NCBI GenBank assembly: GCA_029250225.1
Contig: JAQWUY010000031.1
Span: 226,948 to 290,947, forward strand
From: Alphaproteobacteria bacterium
GTDB taxonomy: Bacteria; Pseudomonadota; Alphaproteobacteria; JAQWUY01
DNA: 64,000 nt
Direction: 5' to 3'
Position 1 is the first letter of the stretch. Each line of letters opens with the position of its first letter. Below are positions 50,781 through 62,544 of the stretch, piece by piece. The translations under genes and the position numbers were made by a program. Under the pieces are notes generated by a model. The model did no database searches, had not been told where the DNA came from, and saw only the letters and a list, made by a program, of their open reading frames with translations.

Positions 50781-51104
50781 TTATACACCTGTGCCAACAT
50801 CAATTGATTGACCTTGAGCCAATGATACAACTGCTTTTTTCCAATCATTTCGCTTACCTGCGAAACCACGGAATCTTTTAGTTTTACCTTTTGATACTAG
50901 CGTATTTACTTTTTCAACTTTTACATCAAACATCTTTTCGACAGCGACTTTAATTTCAAGCTTATTAGCATCCATAGCCACACGGAAAGTGTATTGATTA
51001 TTTTGTGCACCTAATGTTGATTTTTCTGTGATAACAGGTTTATCAATTACACAAAGAATTCTTTCCTCAGAAAATGTTTTCTTATTTAAAAATTTCCAGC
51101 TCAT
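50781..51104 (-). CDS. rplW: 50S ribosomal protein L23
   Basis: 107 aa, ...[15 protein letters not shown]... Position between rplD and rplB. Confidence 0.9.
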   Translation of the reverse strand: MSWKFLNKKTFSEERILCVIDKPVITEKSTLGAQNNQYTFRVAMDANKLEIKVAVEKMFDVKVEKVNTLVSKGKTKRFRGFAGKRNDWKKAVVSLAQGQSIDVGTGV

Positions 51105-51724
51105 TATTTTAACCTCGCCTCCAATGTTTCAACCGCAGACTTAGATAAAACTAAGGTGTCACGACGCAAAATATCATAAACATTTGCACCTTGTACTGGC
51201 AGTACATCAATCTTAATAATATTTCTTGCTGCTAGTTCAAAGTTTTTGTCAATTTCATTACCACCAACAATCAAAGCAGATGAAAAATTCATTTCTTGTA
51301 ATTGTTTAGATAAATCTTTTGTGTTTGCTTTTTCAGCTTTAACATCATCAACTATTACCAGCTTGCCTTCTGCAAGTTTAGATGACAGTGCTGTTTTTAA
51401 AGCCAAAGCACGAACTTTTTTAGGCAAAGAGTGTTCATACGAGCGAGGCGTAGGACCAAATGCACGACCACCGCCAACAAATATATTTGCTGAACGAGCG
51501 TGGTGTCTAGCGCCACCTGAACCTTTTTGAGCAACACACTTTTTACCTGTTAAAGCAATTTCTGAGCGTCCTTTTACTTTATGAGTACCAGAACGGCGTT
51601 TAGCCAATTGATAATTAACCATTCGTGTTAAAATATCACGACGAATTGGCAATCCGAAAACTGAATCAGCAAGAGTGATATCACCAGCAGATTTATTCTC
51701 AAATGTAATAACTTTAGCTTTCAT
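51104..51724 (-). CDS. rplD: 50S ribosomal protein L4
   Basis: 206 aa, ...[13 protein letters not shown]... Confidence 0.94.
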   Translation of the reverse strand: MKAKVITFENKSAGDITLADSVFGLPIRRDILTRMVNYQLAKRRSGTHKVKGRSEIALTGKKCVAQKGSGGARHHARSANIFVGGGRAFGPTPRSYEHSLPKKVRALALKTALSSKLAEGKLVIVDDVKAEKANTKDLSKQLQEMNFSSALIVGGNEIDKNFELAARNIIKIDVLPVQGANVYDILRRDTLVLSKSAVETLEARLK

Positions 51725-51729
51725 CGTTA

Positions 51730-52512
51730 TTATTCCTTATTTTCCGAATCAACATTAGCAGAGCTTTCTGTAGATTCTTGTGTTTTAGCTTCAATTTCTT
51801 CAACAGGTTTTTCATCTGATGTATCATTTGAATTTGCTATTTTCAAACCAGCTGGTAACGGAGCACCTTCTGGTATAGCGTTTAATTTAACAGCATCTTT
51901 AATTTGAACCCAAGATGATGCAAAACCTGGCACCGCACCTTTTACAAAAACTAATCCACGCTCTTCATCAATCGATACAACTTCTAGGTTTTGAACCGTA
52001 GTTCTATGAGCACCCATATGACCAGCCATTTTCTTGCCTTTGAATACTTTACCTGGATCTTGACACTGTCCCGTAGAACCGTGTGAACGATGTGAAATAG
52101 ACACACCGTGTGAAGCTCTTAGGCCACCAAAATTATGCCTTTTCATAGCACCGGCAAAACCTTTACCAATACTAATGCCAACAACATCAACTTTTTGTCC
52201 TTTTACAAAATGTGATGAACTTAATTCGTCACCAACACTTAATAAATTTTCTTCTGCAACACGAAATTCAACCAATTTAGATTTTGGCTCAATTTTAGAC
52301 TTAGCAAAAACACCACGCATAGGTGCTGTTGTATGCTTTACCTTTTTATTTCCAGCACCTAACTGAACGGCATTATAACCATCAGTAGCCACTGTTTTTA
52401 TATTTACAACCTGCAAATTATCTATTTGCAATACTGTTACTGGTACATGTTGACCCGTTTCGTTAAATAAACGAGACATTCCCAGTTTTTTAGCAATTAA
52501 ACCTGTACGCAT
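51730..52512 (-). CDS. rplC: 50S ribosomal protein L3 with acidic C-terminal extension
   Basis: [16 protein letters not shown]... 260 aa against about 210 typical; D/E/S-rich tail. Confidence 0.94.
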   Translation of the reverse strand: MRTGLIAKKLGMSRLFNETGQHVPVTVLQIDNLQVVNIKTVATDGYNAVQLGAGNKKVKHTTAPMRGVFAKSKIEPKSKLVEFRVAEENLLSVGDELSSSHFVKGQKVDVVGISIGKGFAGAMKRHNFGGLRASHGVSISHRSHGSTGQCQDPGKVFKGKKMAGHMGAHRTTVQNLEVVSIDEERGLVFVKGAVPGFASSWVQIKDAVKLNAIPEGAPLPAGLKIANSNDTSDEKPVEEIEAKTQESTESSANVDSENKE

Positions 52513-52524
52513 TTTCTTTTATCC

Positions 52525-52833
52525 TTACAGTTTAATCTCAACATCTACACCAGCGGCGAGATCTAATTTCATTAATGCATCAACTGTTTGTGCAGTTGGA
52601 GATACAATATCTAATACACGCTTATGTGTACGCATTTCGAACTGTTCACGAGATTTTTTGTTTACATGAGGTGAACGAAGAACTGTAAAATTCTCAATTC
52701 TAGTTGGTAAAGGAATAGGTCCTAATACCTCTGCACCTGTACGTTTCGCAGTTTCAACAATTTCTTGTGTACTTTGATCCAAAACTCTATGATCAAAAGC
52801 TTTCAGACGAATACGAATGTTTTGATTTTCCAT
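52525..52833 (-). CDS. rpsJ: 30S ribosomal protein S10
   Basis: [19 protein letters not shown]... ATG at 52831-52833 with AGGAG SD. Confidence 0.93.
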   Translation of the reverse strand: MENQNIRIRLKAFDHRVLDQSTQEIVETAKRTGAEVLGPIPLPTRIENFTVLRSPHVNKKSREQFEMRTHKRVLDIVSPTAQTVDALMKLDLAAGVDVEIKL

Positions 52834-52896
52834 TTTTTTATAACTCCTAAAGAAGGTGGGGAATAATCCCCAACCTTTCAAACAACCTTATCTAAT

Positions 52897-54087
52897 TTAT
52901 TGTGCTAACTTTGTTACTATACCATTACCGACTGTCTTACCACCTTCACGAATTGCAAATCTTTGACCTACAGTAATTGCGATAGGCTTTATCAATTCAA
53001 CATTAAGGGTTACATTGTCCCCTGGCATTACCATTTCAACATCTTTTGGTAGAGAGATTGAACCGGTAACATCAGTTGTATTAAAGTAAAACTGTGGACG
53101 ATAGTTAGAGAAAAACGGTGTATGACGTCCGCCGTCCTCTTTTGTTAGAACATGAATCTCAGCTTCAAAATTGCTAAGTGGTTTAATTGTGCTTGGTTGA
53201 CATAATACCTGACCTCGCTCAACTTCTTCTTTACCAACACCACGTAATAATAAACCTACATTGTCACCAGCTTGTCCACCATCAGGTAATTCTTTCTGGA
53301 ACATCTCAACACCTGTACAAGTAGTTTTCAATGTATCACGAAGACCTACTATTTCAATATCTTCACCTACTTTTACAGTACCAGTGTCAATACGACCAGT
53401 TACTACTGTACCACGACCTGAAATACTAAATACATCTTCAACCGCCATAGAGAAAGGTTTACTAACCTCACGAACAGGCACTTCAATGTATTCATCAACT
53501 GTTTTCATTAGTTCCAATATTTTGTCTTTACCAATTTCTGGATTTTCACCATTTAAAGCTGCAAGAGCAGAACCAGTTATTATAGGTGTATCCGCTGGGA
53601 AATCATTTTTTTCTAATAAATCTTGAATTTCCATTTGAACCAACTCTAATAATTCTGGATCAGCTTGATCAACTTTATTTAAAAACACAACTAGCTTTGG
53701 AACACCTACTTGACGAGCTAATAAGATATGCTCGTGAGTCTGGTGCTTAGGACCGTCAGCTCCACATACAACTAATATAGCTCCGTCCATCTGAGCAGCA
53801 CCGGTAATCATATTCTTTACATAGTCGGCGTGACCTGGACAATCAACGTGAGCATAGTGACGACCATCAGTTTCATACTCAATGTGCGAAGTATTAATTG
53901 TTATACCACGCTCGCGCTCTTCAGGAGCTTTGTCAATATCCTTAAAATCAGTTGCTTTGGTGTTACCACTCTCTTCTGCTAACACCTTAGAGATAGCTGC
54001 AGTTAAAGTAGTTTTACCGTGGTCAACGTGACCAATTGTGCCAATATTTAAATGTGGCTTCGAACGATCTAAAGTTTCTTTACTCAT
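52897..54087 (-). CDS. tuf: Elongation factor Tu
   Basis: 396 aa, [25 protein letters not shown] motifs. Confidence 0.97.
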   Translation of the reverse strand: MSKETLDRSKPHLNIGTIGHVDHGKTTLTAAISKVLAEESGNTKATDFKDIDKAPEERERGITINTSHIEYETDGRHYAHVDCPGHADYVKNMITGAAQMDGAILVVCGADGPKHQTHEHILLARQVGVPKLVVFLNKVDQADPELLELVQMEIQDLLEKNDFPADTPIITGSALAALNGENPEIGKDKILELMKTVDEYIEVPVREVSKPFSMAVEDVFSISGRGTVVTGRIDTGTVKVGEDIEIVGLRDTLKTTCTGVEMFQKELPDGGQAGDNVGLLLRGVGKEEVERGQVLCQPSTIKPLSNFEAEIHVLTKEDGGRHTPFFSNYRPQFYFNTTDVTGSISLPKDVEMVMPGDNVTLNVELIKPIAITVGQRFAIREGGKTVGNGIVTKLAQ

Positions 54088-54142
54088 AATTTTTTTACTC
54101 CTTAATTAAAATTTAATATAACTTAGAACCATACATACACTG

Positions 54143-56218
54143 TTAAGATGCATATTTAGCTTTGACATCATCAACAACATTTTGCGGAACTTGATCATAA
54201 TGATCAAATATCATCGTATACTGCGCACGACCCTGAGATAGAGAGCGCAATGTGTTAACATACCCAAACATCGCAGCAAGAGGCACCATTGCATTAACAA
54301 CACGAGCATTACCACGATTATCCATAGATGAAACTTGTCCGCGACGAGAATTTAAGTCACCGATAATATCACCCATATATTCTTCTGGTGTAACTATTTC
54401 TACTGCCATAACAGGCTCTAATAATTTAGCACCAGCTTGTTCTTGCATTTCACGGAAAGCAGCACGAGCAGCGATTTCAAATGCCATAACAGATGAATCC
54501 ACATCGTGATAGTTACCGTCTCTTAGAACTGCTTTGAAATCAATTACAGGGAAACCTGCAATCGCGCCGTTATCTTTCGCAGAATTTAAACCTTTTTCAA
54601 CACCAGGTATATATTCTTTTGGAACAGAACCACCGACAATTGTTTCTTCAAACACAAAACCTTCACCTGGTTTTAGAGGTTCAAAATCAACAACAATTTT
54701 CGCAAACTGACCAGAACCACCTGATTGTTTTTTGTGAGTATATTCAATAGTAGCTGGCTTAGAGATAGTCTCGCGATAAGCAACCTGAGGTTGGCCAACA
54801 CTACACTCAACATTAAATTCACGACGCATACGATCAACAATAATTTCAAGATGCAATTCACCCATACCACGAATTAAAGTTTGACCTGACTCTTCGTCAG
54901 ACTTAATACGGAAAGATGGATCTTCTGCTGCCAAGCGATTAAGGGCAATACCCATTTTTTCTTGGTCTGCTTTTGTTTTTGGCTCGATAGCAATCTCAAT
55001 TACAGGCTCTGGAAATTCCATTCTTTCCAACACAACTTGTTTAGACATATCACAAAGTGTATCACCAGTAGTTGTAGTTTTAAGCCCTGCAACGGCAACG
55101 ATATCACCAGCTGTTGCAACTTTTATTTCTTCTCGGTCTGCTGCGTGCATAAGCATCATACGACCTATTCGTTCTTTACCACCTTTTACAGAGTTTTGAA
55201 TATAAGAACCAGACTCTAATGTACCAGAATAAACACGAACGAAAGTTAAAGAACCTACAAACGGATCATTCATTATCTTAAATGCCAAAGCAGAAAATGG
55301 TTCAGATGAATCTGGTTTACGAATAACTTCGCCATCGCCATCAACTTCTAAGCCCTTCATCTCGCCAATATCAACAGGAGAAGGAAGGAAATCAACAACT
55401 GCATCTAGTAAAGGCTGAACACCTTTGTTTTTAAATGCTGTACCACATAAAACAGGTACAAAACTACCAGTAAGAACACCCTTACGAATACATTCTTTTA
55501 ATTTATCAATAGATGGCTCAGAACCTTCTAGATAAGCTTCCATAGCTTCATCATCTTGCTCAACAGCCATTTCAATTAGACTAGAACGGTATTCTGCTGC
55601 CTTAGATTTTAAATCATCAGGAATATCAACTATATCAAACTTAGCACCTAATTCTTCACCACCCCAAACGATAGCGTTGTTATTTACCAAATCGACAACA
55701 CCTGCAAAATCAGATTCTGCACCGATAGGTAATTGCATAAACATAGGGTTAGCACCCAAGCGATCAACCATCATGTTAACACAATTGTAAAAATCAGCTC
55801 CCATTCTGTCCATTTTGTTAACAAATGCCATACGAGGAACAGAATACTTATCAGCTTGACGCCATACAGTTTCAGATTGAGGCTCAACACCAGAAACGGC
55901 ATCAAAAACTGCAACTGCACCATCAAGAACTCTTAAAGCTCTTTCAACTTCAATAGTAAAGTCTACGTGACCAGGAGTATCAATGATATTAATTCTATGG
56001 TCATTCCAGAAACAAGTAGTAGCAGCAGATGTAATAGTAATACCTCTTTCTTGCTCTTGCTCCATCCAGTCCATAGTTGCAGCACCATCGTGTACTTCAC
56101 CAATTTTGTACGATTTACCTGTATAATATAGAACTCGCTCAGTTGTTGTAGTCTTACCTGCATCAATGTGAGCCATAATTCCGATATTACGATATTTTTC
56201 AATAGGTGTTTTAGCCAT
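54143..56218 (-). CDS. fusA: Elongation factor G
   Basis: 691 aa, [25 protein letters not shown] motifs. Confidence 0.97.
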   Translation of the reverse strand: MAKTPIEKYRNIGIMAHIDAGKTTTTERVLYYTGKSYKIGEVHDGAATMDWMEQEQERGITITSAATTCFWNDHRINIIDTPGHVDFTIEVERALRVLDGAVAVFDAVSGVEPQSETVWRQADKYSVPRMAFVNKMDRMGADFYNCVNMMVDRLGANPMFMQLPIGAESDFAGVVDLVNNNAIVWGGEELGAKFDIVDIPDDLKSKAAEYRSSLIEMAVEQDDEAMEAYLEGSEPSIDKLKECIRKGVLTGSFVPVLCGTAFKNKGVQPLLDAVVDFLPSPVDIGEMKGLEVDGDGEVIRKPDSSEPFSALAFKIMNDPFVGSLTFVRVYSGTLESGSYIQNSVKGGKERIGRMMLMHAADREEIKVATAGDIVAVAGLKTTTTGDTLCDMSKQVVLERMEFPEPVIEIAIEPKTKADQEKMGIALNRLAAEDPSFRIKSDEESGQTLIRGMGELHLEIIVDRMRREFNVECSVGQPQVAYRETISKPATIEYTHKKQSGGSGQFAKIVVDFEPLKPGEGFVFEETIVGGSVPKEYIPGVEKGLNSAKDNGAIAGFPVIDFKAVLRDGNYHDVDSSVMAFEIAARAAFREMQEQAGAKLLEPVMAVEIVTPEEYMGDIIGDLNSRRGQVSSMDNRGNARVVNAMVPLAAMFGYVNTLRSLSQGRAQYTMIFDHYDQVPQNVVDDVKAKYAS

Positions 56219-56241
56219 CTTTATTATTCCTTATTCAACAA

Positions 56242-56712
56242 TTACCAGCGATAATGAGCAAACGCACGGTTTGCTTCCGCCATTTTATGAGTATCTTCGC
56301 GCTTCTTAACAGAAGCACCACGAGATTCACTAGCATCAATAAGTTCAGATGACAATCTATCAACCATTGTCTTTTCAGATCTCTTACGAGAAGCTTCTAT
56401 CAACCAACGAAAAGCTAATGCTTGAGCTCGCTCAGCACGAACTTCAACAGGAACCTGATAAGTAGCACCACCAACACGACGAGAACGAACCTCTAAATCA
56501 GGTTTGATGTTATTTAATGTATCGCGGAAGAATTCAACCGCTTCTTTACCAGTTTTACCTGCAACAATATCAAAAGCACCGTAAACAATTCGTTCTGCAC
56601 GAGATTTGTTACCTGCAAGCATTACAGCATTAATAAACTTTGAAATTACCAAATCACCGTATTTAGCATCTGGTAAAATTTTTCTTTTTTCTGCTCTATG
56701 TCTTCTAGACAT
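56242..56712 (-). CDS. rpsG: 30S ribosomal protein S7
   Basis: [15 protein letters not shown]... Confidence 0.96.
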   Translation of the reverse strand: MSRRHRAEKRKILPDAKYGDLVISKFINAVMLAGNKSRAERIVYGAFDIVAGKTGKEAVEFFRDTLNNIKPDLEVRSRRVGGATYQVPVEVRAERAQALAFRWLIEASRKRSEKTMVDRLSSELIDASESRGASVKKREDTHKMAEANRAFAHYRW

Positions 56713-56733
56713 TATAAATACCCCTTCTTATCT

Positions 56734-57105
56734 TTACTTAGGTCTTTTAGCACCGTATTTAGAACGGCGTTGACGACGATCAGAAACACCTTGAGTATCC
56801 AAGGCACCACGAACTGTGTGATAGCGAACACCCGGCAAATCCTTTACACGACCACCGCGCACTAACACAACAGAGTGTTCCTGCAAGTTGTGTCCTTCAC
56901 CACCAATATAACTTGTAACTTCATAACCACTCGTCAATCTTACACGAGCAACTTTACGAAGTGCTGAATTAGGTTTTTTTGGAGTTGTTGTATAAACACG
57001 AGTACAAACACCACGACGCTGAGGGCAAGCCTCCAAGTGTGGTACTTTTGTTTTCTTTACTTTATCTTTTCGCCCTTTGCGAACAAGTTGGTTAATAGTC
57101 GGCAT
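56734..57105 (-). CDS. rpsL: 30S ribosomal protein S12
   Basis: [12 protein letters not shown]... Confidence 0.97.
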   Translation of the reverse strand: MPTINQLVRKGRKDKVKKTKVPHLEACPQRRGVCTRVYTTTPKKPNSALRKVARVRLTSGYEVTSYIGGEGHNLQEHSVVLVRGGRVKDLPGVRYHTVRGALDTQGVSDRRQRRSKYGAKRPK

Positions 57106-57390
57106 ATTGTTTCCTTCGCCCGTTTATTAATTCAAATTTTAACTAAACACGCGGAAAAATATTCTGCCGTATTCTAGTACACCATACGTAATACATTATC
57201 GTATTTTTTCGTTGTACTTTCGTCCGATTGGGGAAAAATCCCGCGGTTTTACTATCAAAATAACTATCTTTAAACACAATAATAAAAAATTAATATGTAA
57301 AAAATAAAGTTATTGTTTGGACTAAATACACTTTATATAAATATTTGTCAACACTTATATTGATTTTTATTAAATTAGAATGGGTTGAAA

Positions 57391-57423
57391 TAAAAAAAAA
57401 GGAGGAACAAATCCTCCTTTTTA
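57391..57423. terminator. Bidirectional intrinsic terminator downstream of hupB
   Basis: AGGAGGA-acaaa-TCCTCCT flanked by A9 and T5. A strong terminator on the minus strand. Confidence 0.7.
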
Positions 57424-57440
57424 TAAAACTAAAAATTATA

Positions 57441-57716
57441 TTAGTAATTTACAGCGTCTTTTAAAACTTTACCAGCTTTAAATTTAGGCTGTTTAGAAGC
57501 TTTAATTTGGATAGCTTCACCTGTACGTGGATTACGACCAGTTGTAGCTTTTCTGTCAGCAACAGAAAATGTACCAAAACCAACTAAACGAACATCGCCG
57601 CCAGTTTTTAAAGCTTTTGTAATACTTGCAACAACAGCATCAACCGCCTTGCCAGAGTCTGTTTTAGCCAGACCTGTAGAAGAAGATACAGCTTCAATTA
57701 ATTCATTTTTATTCAT
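57441..57716 (-). CDS. hupB: DNA-binding protein HU
   Basis: 91 aa, MNKNELIEAVS...GFGTFSVADRKATTGRNPRTGE... Confidence 0.93.
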   Translation of the reverse strand: MNKNELIEAVSSSTGLAKTDSGKAVDAVVASITKALKTGGDVRLVGFGTFSVADRKATTGRNPRTGEAIQIKASKQPKFKAGKVLKDAVNY

Positions 57717-57812
57717 TTTAATTTCCCTTTACACTAAGTTAAAAAAAAACCTATTCTTACTATATATTTTACAAATTTGTAAGGCTTATAATAAAAATAA
57801 GATTACATTTAA

Positions 57813-57842
57813 TAATACACATAAATAGTGAGATATGTCAAC
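57813..57842 (-). promoter_or_regulatory. Candidate sigma70-type promoter for hupB
   Basis: Minus-strand TTGACA (57837-57842), 18 nt, TATTAT (57813-57818), about 95 nt upstream of the hupB ATG. Confidence 0.3.
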
Positions 57843-57933
57843 AAATTATTACATAACTAAGTATTATCATATATACGCTTGACCCCTTATAAAGCTATAA
57901 TTTAGCACTAATATCTGAAATAATTGTTAGTTA

Positions 57934-60336
57934 TTATTGGAATGATTTTGAAAGGGCATCACCGGATTCAACAGCGGTAGATTTTGACAAATCTTCTTTT
58001 TCCCACTCAACTGGTTTTATCTTGTTTTTTAGTACAATCTCCAAGACTTCTGACACATCAGAAACAGGTATAATTTCTAGACCTTGTTTTGCATTTTCTG
58101 GTATTTCAGATAGATCTTTTTCGTTTTCTTGTGGAATTATAACAGTTTTAATGCCACTACGGTATGCTGCTAGTAATTTTTCCTTTAATCCGCCTATGGC
58201 TAATACTTTACCTCGTAAAGTAACCTCACCTGTCATTGCCACATCTTTACGAATAGGGTTATCAGTTAAAGCGGAAACAATTGCACTTACCATTGCTATT
58301 CCTGCTGATGGTCCGTCCTTAGGCGTTGCTCCTTCTGGAACATGAATGTGAATGTCGCGTTTTTTGTAAACTCCTGGCAATATACCAAGTTCAGATGCAC
58401 GAGAGCGAATATATGTTTCGGCCGCAGAAATAGATTCCAACATAACATCACCTAATTTACCGGTTCTTTGGATTTTACCAGTTCCTGGGACTAGTGCAGT
58501 TTCAATATGTAATATATCACCACCGACTGAAGTCCAAGCAAGACCATTTACCATACCAATAGCATCTTTATCTTCGGTTTCACCATAAGAAAATTTAGCA
58601 ACACCTGAAAAATCAGCTATATTTTTATTTGATACTGTAATCTTTTTAATATTATCCGTGCTTTCCATAATCTGTCTTAATGATTTACGACATATTTTTT
58701 GAATTTCTTGTTCTAGCTTGCGCACACCTGCTTCACGAGTATAGTTACGAATTAATGATATTAATGCTTCGTCTTTTATTTCTATCTCGCCTTTTTTTAA
58801 ACCATTATCGTTTATAGCTCTTGGAATAAGATGTCTTTTCGATATTTCAAGTTTTTCATCTTCTGTATATCCTGAAAGATTAATAATTTCCATTCTATCT
58901 TTCAACGGTTCTGGCATATTATATGAATTTGCTGTTGTAATAAATATTACATTAGACAAATCGTAATCGACTTCTAGGTAATGATCAACAAAGTTTTTGT
59001 TTTGTGATGGATCAAGAACTTCAAGTAATGCAGAAGACGGATCACCCCTATGATCAGAACCCATTTTATCAATCTCATCAAGTAAGAACATAGGGTTTGA
59101 ATAACCTGCTTTTTTCATTCCTTGAATTATTTTACCTGGCATAGCACCGACATATGTACGACGATGTCCGCGAATTTCGGCTTCATCTCTTACTCCACCT
59201 AAGCTTATTCTTACAAATTTACGACCGCAAGCCTTGGCTATACTTTCACCTAATGAGGTTTTACCAACACCTGGTGGACCAACTAAACAAAGAATAGGCC
59301 CTTTTACCTTTTTAGTACGAATACTAACAGCAAGATAATCAAGAATTCGTTCTTTTACCTTTTCTAATCCATAGTGTTCACTATCAAGAATTTCCTGAGC
59401 TTTTTTCAAATCAATATTAATTCTAGTTTGTTTTTTCCAAGGAACATCAATTAACCAGTCGATAAAGTTTCTAACAACTGATGATTCAGATGATATAGGA
59501 GGCATAGATTTTAATTTCTTTAGCTCGGTTTCTACTTTATCTTTTGCTTCTTTACTTATACGAATATTTGATATCTTTTCTCTGTATTCGTCAATTTCAC
59601 TTGATAAGTCATCGCCCAGCTCTTTATTAATTGCTTTTATTTGTTCATTTAAATAATATTCTCGTTGGTTTTTATCCATTTGAGTCTTAACTCTTTCACG
59701 GATTTTCCTTTCAGTTAAAATAGTATCTATTTCAGATTGAATATTTGCGAACAATATTTCTAGGCGAGTAGAAAGATTTTTCTCTTCTAGTAATTCTTGT
59801 TTTTTTTCTATATCTATATTAATGTTTTGCACTAGAAATTCTAATAATTCTAGTCCGCCATTGATAACATTTAATTGATTTAAAATATCAGTTGTAATAG
59901 ATGTATTATATTTGGCATATTCTTTAAATTTTTCAATTAATGCAGAAACCAATAAATTGACATCAGATTCATCAATTATATCTTCTATATCAATAACAGA
60001 TGAATGGAAAGCGCCAGATAAATCTGATAAACCTTTTGTTTGAACACGGCGGATACCTTCAACTAATACTTTTACAGTACCATCAGGTAATTTCAATAAT
60101 TGTTTTACTTCTGCAACAACACCGATATGGTATAAATCATCTGCATTGGGAGTTTCAATTTCAGCATTTTTTTGTGTTAATAATAAAACTCTTTGGTTTT
60201 CTTCCATAACACTTTCAAGTGCATTGATTGATTTTTCTCGCCCAACAAAGAAAGACACGACCATACCTGGAAATACCACTATGTCTCTTAAAGGTATAAC
60301 TGGATAAGAAGATAAGTTTTCTTTCAGCACTTCCAT
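57934..60336 (-). CDS. lon: ATP-dependent Lon protease
   Basis: 800 aa, Walker A GPPGVGKTS, catalytic PKDGPSAG Ser motif. Confidence 0.96.
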   Translation of the reverse strand: MEVLKENLSSYPVIPLRDIVVFPGMVVSFFVGREKSINALESVMEENQRVLLLTQKNAEIETPNADDLYHIGVVAEVKQLLKLPDGTVKVLVEGIRRVQTKGLSDLSGAFHSSVIDIEDIIDESDVNLLVSALIEKFKEYAKYNTSITTDILNQLNVINGGLELLEFLVQNINIDIEKKQELLEEKNLSTRLEILFANIQSEIDTILTERKIRERVKTQMDKNQREYYLNEQIKAINKELGDDLSSEIDEYREKISNIRISKEAKDKVETELKKLKSMPPISSESSVVRNFIDWLIDVPWKKQTRINIDLKKAQEILDSEHYGLEKVKERILDYLAVSIRTKKVKGPILCLVGPPGVGKTSLGESIAKACGRKFVRISLGGVRDEAEIRGHRRTYVGAMPGKIIQGMKKAGYSNPMFLLDEIDKMGSDHRGDPSSALLEVLDPSQNKNFVDHYLEVDYDLSNVIFITTANSYNMPEPLKDRMEIINLSGYTEDEKLEISKRHLIPRAINDNGLKKGEIEIKDEALISLIRNYTREAGVRKLEQEIQKICRKSLRQIMESTDNIKKITVSNKNIADFSGVAKFSYGETEDKDAIGMVNGLAWTSVGGDILHIETALVPGTGKIQRTGKLGDVMLESISAAETYIRSRASELGILPGVYKKRDIHIHVPEGATPKDGPSAGIAMVSAIVSALTDNPIRKDVAMTGEVTLRGKVLAIGGLKEKLLAAYRSGIKTVIIPQENEKDLSEIPENAKQGLEIIPVSDVSEVLEIVLKNKIKPVEWEKEDLSKSTAVESGDALSKSFQ

Positions 60337-60366
60337 ACTTTTTTCCTCTATTAAATTATTAAGCTA

Positions 60367-61692
60367 TTAAGCTGTTTTTGTTTTACTGTTTTTTAATGAT
60401 TTTTTATCTTCACTATTAGATTTAGATTTAGATTTAGATTTTTTTCCATCACTATGAATATAGATAGGATTGTTATTACCATTAACAACATCGCCATCAA
60501 TGACAACTCTTTCCACCCCTTCTTCGTCAGGTAGTTCGTACATTGTTTCAAGTAATATTTTTTCAAGGATAGAACGAAGACCTCTTGCACCAGTTTTTCG
60601 CTTAATTGCTTTTTTAGCAACTTCTGCTAGTGCTTGCTCTTTAAATTCTAGTTCGACTTCTTCCATTTTGAATAATTTTGTGAATTGTTTAACAAGTGAA
60701 TTTTTAGGTTCTGTAAGAATTCTAACCAAAGCATCAATATCTAAGTCTTGTAAAGTTGCAATCATTGGCAAACGACCTACAAATTCTGGAATTAAACCGT
60801 AGTTTACTAAATCCTCTGGTTCAATATCTTGGATTATTTCACCTACTTCTCGTTTATCTTTGCCGTATACATCAGCACTAAAACCTATAGAGCTTTCCTT
60901 ACCGCGTTTTGATATTATTCTATCAACGCCGGCAAATGCACCACCGCAAATAAATAAGATATTAGTAGTATCGACATTCAAAAATTCTTGTTGAGGGTGT
61001 TTGCGTCCACCTTGTGGTGGAACAGATGCAACTGTGCCTTCCATTAATTTTAAAAGAGCCTGTTGCACACCTTCACCTGAGACATCGCGAGTAATAGATG
61101 GGTTTTCGCTTTTACGAGTAATTTTATCGATTTCATCAATATAAATTATACCTCTTTGAGCTTTTTCAACATCATAGTCACAATTTTGAAGTAATTTTAA
61201 AACTACATTTTCTACATCTTCACCAACATAACCAGCTTCTGTAAGGGTAGTCGCATCAGCAATACAGAAAGGAACATCAAGTATTCGTGCTAGTGTTTGA
61301 GCAAGTAATGTCTTGCCACAACCAGTAGGCCCAAGCATTAATATGTTTGATTTCGATAATTCAACATCATCTTCTTTTTGGTCGGATATCAATCTTTTAT
61401 AATGATTATGAACGGCAACAGAAAGAACTTTCTTGGCATTTGACTGTCCAATTACATAATCATCTAATATTTTACAAATAGTGCTAGGAGAAGGTATTTC
61501 ATTGCCAAAAGAATCAATTAATTTTTCTTCACCTTTTAAATCAGAAATTATTTCGACACATAGTTCAACACATTCATCACATATATGAACACCTTGACCT
61601 GCAATAAGCTTTTTTGCCTCAGCCTTAGTCTTACCACAGAAACTACAATGTAGTTTTTGATCGCCATCTGTTGTTGTTTTATCGTCAGACAT
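60367..61692 (-). CDS. clpX: ATP-dependent Clp protease ATP-binding subunit ClpX with Lys/Ser-rich C-terminal tail
   Basis: C4 zinc-binding N-domain CSFCGK...CDEC, Walker A GPTGCGKT, plus the [23 protein letters not shown] tail. Confidence 0.95.
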   Translation of the reverse strand: MSDDKTTTDGDQKLHCSFCGKTKAEAKKLIAGQGVHICDECVELCVEIISDLKGEEKLIDSFGNEIPSPSTICKILDDYVIGQSNAKKVLSVAVHNHYKRLISDQKEDDVELSKSNILMLGPTGCGKTLLAQTLARILDVPFCIADATTLTEAGYVGEDVENVVLKLLQNCDYDVEKAQRGIIYIDEIDKITRKSENPSITRDVSGEGVQQALLKLMEGTVASVPPQGGRKHPQQEFLNVDTTNILFICGGAFAGVDRIISKRGKESSIGFSADVYGKDKREVGEIIQDIEPEDLVNYGLIPEFVGRLPMIATLQDLDIDALVRILTEPKNSLVKQFTKLFKMEEVELEFKEQALAEVAKKAIKRKTGARGLRSILEKILLETMYELPDEEGVERVVIDGDVVNGNNNPIYIHSDGKKSKSKSKSNSEDKKSLKNSKTKTA

Positions 61693-61700
61693 AATAACCT

Positions 61701-62330
61701 CTATTCTTTAATCTTTATATCATTACGGCTAGATACTATATTATCAATTAAGCCAAAGGATTTAGCTTCCTTAGGCGACATAAAATTATCTCGATCCATA
61801 GCTTTTTCAATTTCAGAAAGGCTTTTTCCTGTGTGAGTTTCATAAGCTTTATTAAGCATTTTTTTCAATCTTAATATTTCTTGTGCTTGAATTTCAATAT
61901 CAGAAGCTTGCCCTTGCGCCCCACCACTAGGTTGGTGGATCATAATACGAGAATTAGGTAATGAGTATCTTTTGCCTTTAGTACCAGCCATTAATAAGAA
62001 CGACCCCATTGATGCAGCTTGCCCTAGACAAATAGTTGAAATATCATTTTTAATGTATTGCATTGTGTCATATATTGATAAACCAGAAGTAACAACTCCA
62101 CCAGGAGAATTTATATAAAAACAAATATCTTTTTCTGGATCTTCAGCTTCTAGGAATAATAATTGAGCACAAATTAAACTAGCGGTTTGGTCATTAACTC
62201 CACCAGTTAAAAATATAATGCGTTCTTTTAATAAACGGGAATAAATATCAAATGAGCGTTCCCCTCGAGTTGTTTGTTCAATTACCATTGGAACTAAGGT
62301 GTTGTTATAAACATCTAAATAATCGTTCAT
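61701..62330 (-). CDS. clpP: ATP-dependent Clp protease proteolytic subunit
   Basis: ...[23 protein letters not shown]... Ser-His-Asp triad context (GQAASMG). ATG at 62328-62330 preferred; the upstream in-frame start at 62345 is possible. Confidence 0.93.
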   Translation of the reverse strand: MNDYLDVYNNTLVPMVIEQTTRGERSFDIYSRLLKERIIFLTGGVNDQTASLICAQLLFLEAEDPEKDICFYINSPGGVVTSGLSIYDTMQYIKNDISTICLGQAASMGSFLLMAGTKGKRYSLPNSRIMIHQPSGGAQGQASDIEIQAQEILRLKKMLNKAYETHTGKSLSEIEKAMDRDNFMSPKEAKSFGLIDNIVSSRNDIKIKE

Positions 62331-62477
62331 CGTTATTCCTATCACTTTATATTTTTTTTATCACACATAATTAATATTATACTATCTCAAATACATATAA
62401 ATATGCAAGCTTACTTTTTAAAATAGGTTCTTTTTCTTATTTTTCAAGGCTTTAACTTATATTTATTTTATATAAAT

Positions 62478-62520
62478 AAAAAAGAGAGTGTAAAAAATAA
62501 AATATACACTCTCTTTTAAA
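62478..62520 (-). terminator. Intrinsic terminator downstream of tig
   Basis: 10-bp stem AGAGAGTGTA/TACACTCTCT (62483-62492 and 62506-62515), with A/T runs on both sides. Confidence 0.6.
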
Positions 62521-62544
62521 TTAAAATATTTTAAATTAATTATT

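Noticed and set aside
57836-57870. Plus-strand TTGACC...TATAAT-like element at 57868-57890 between hupB and lon
   Set aside because: Spacer is only 11 nt. It is on the strand antisense to both flanking genes, with no downstream ORF.
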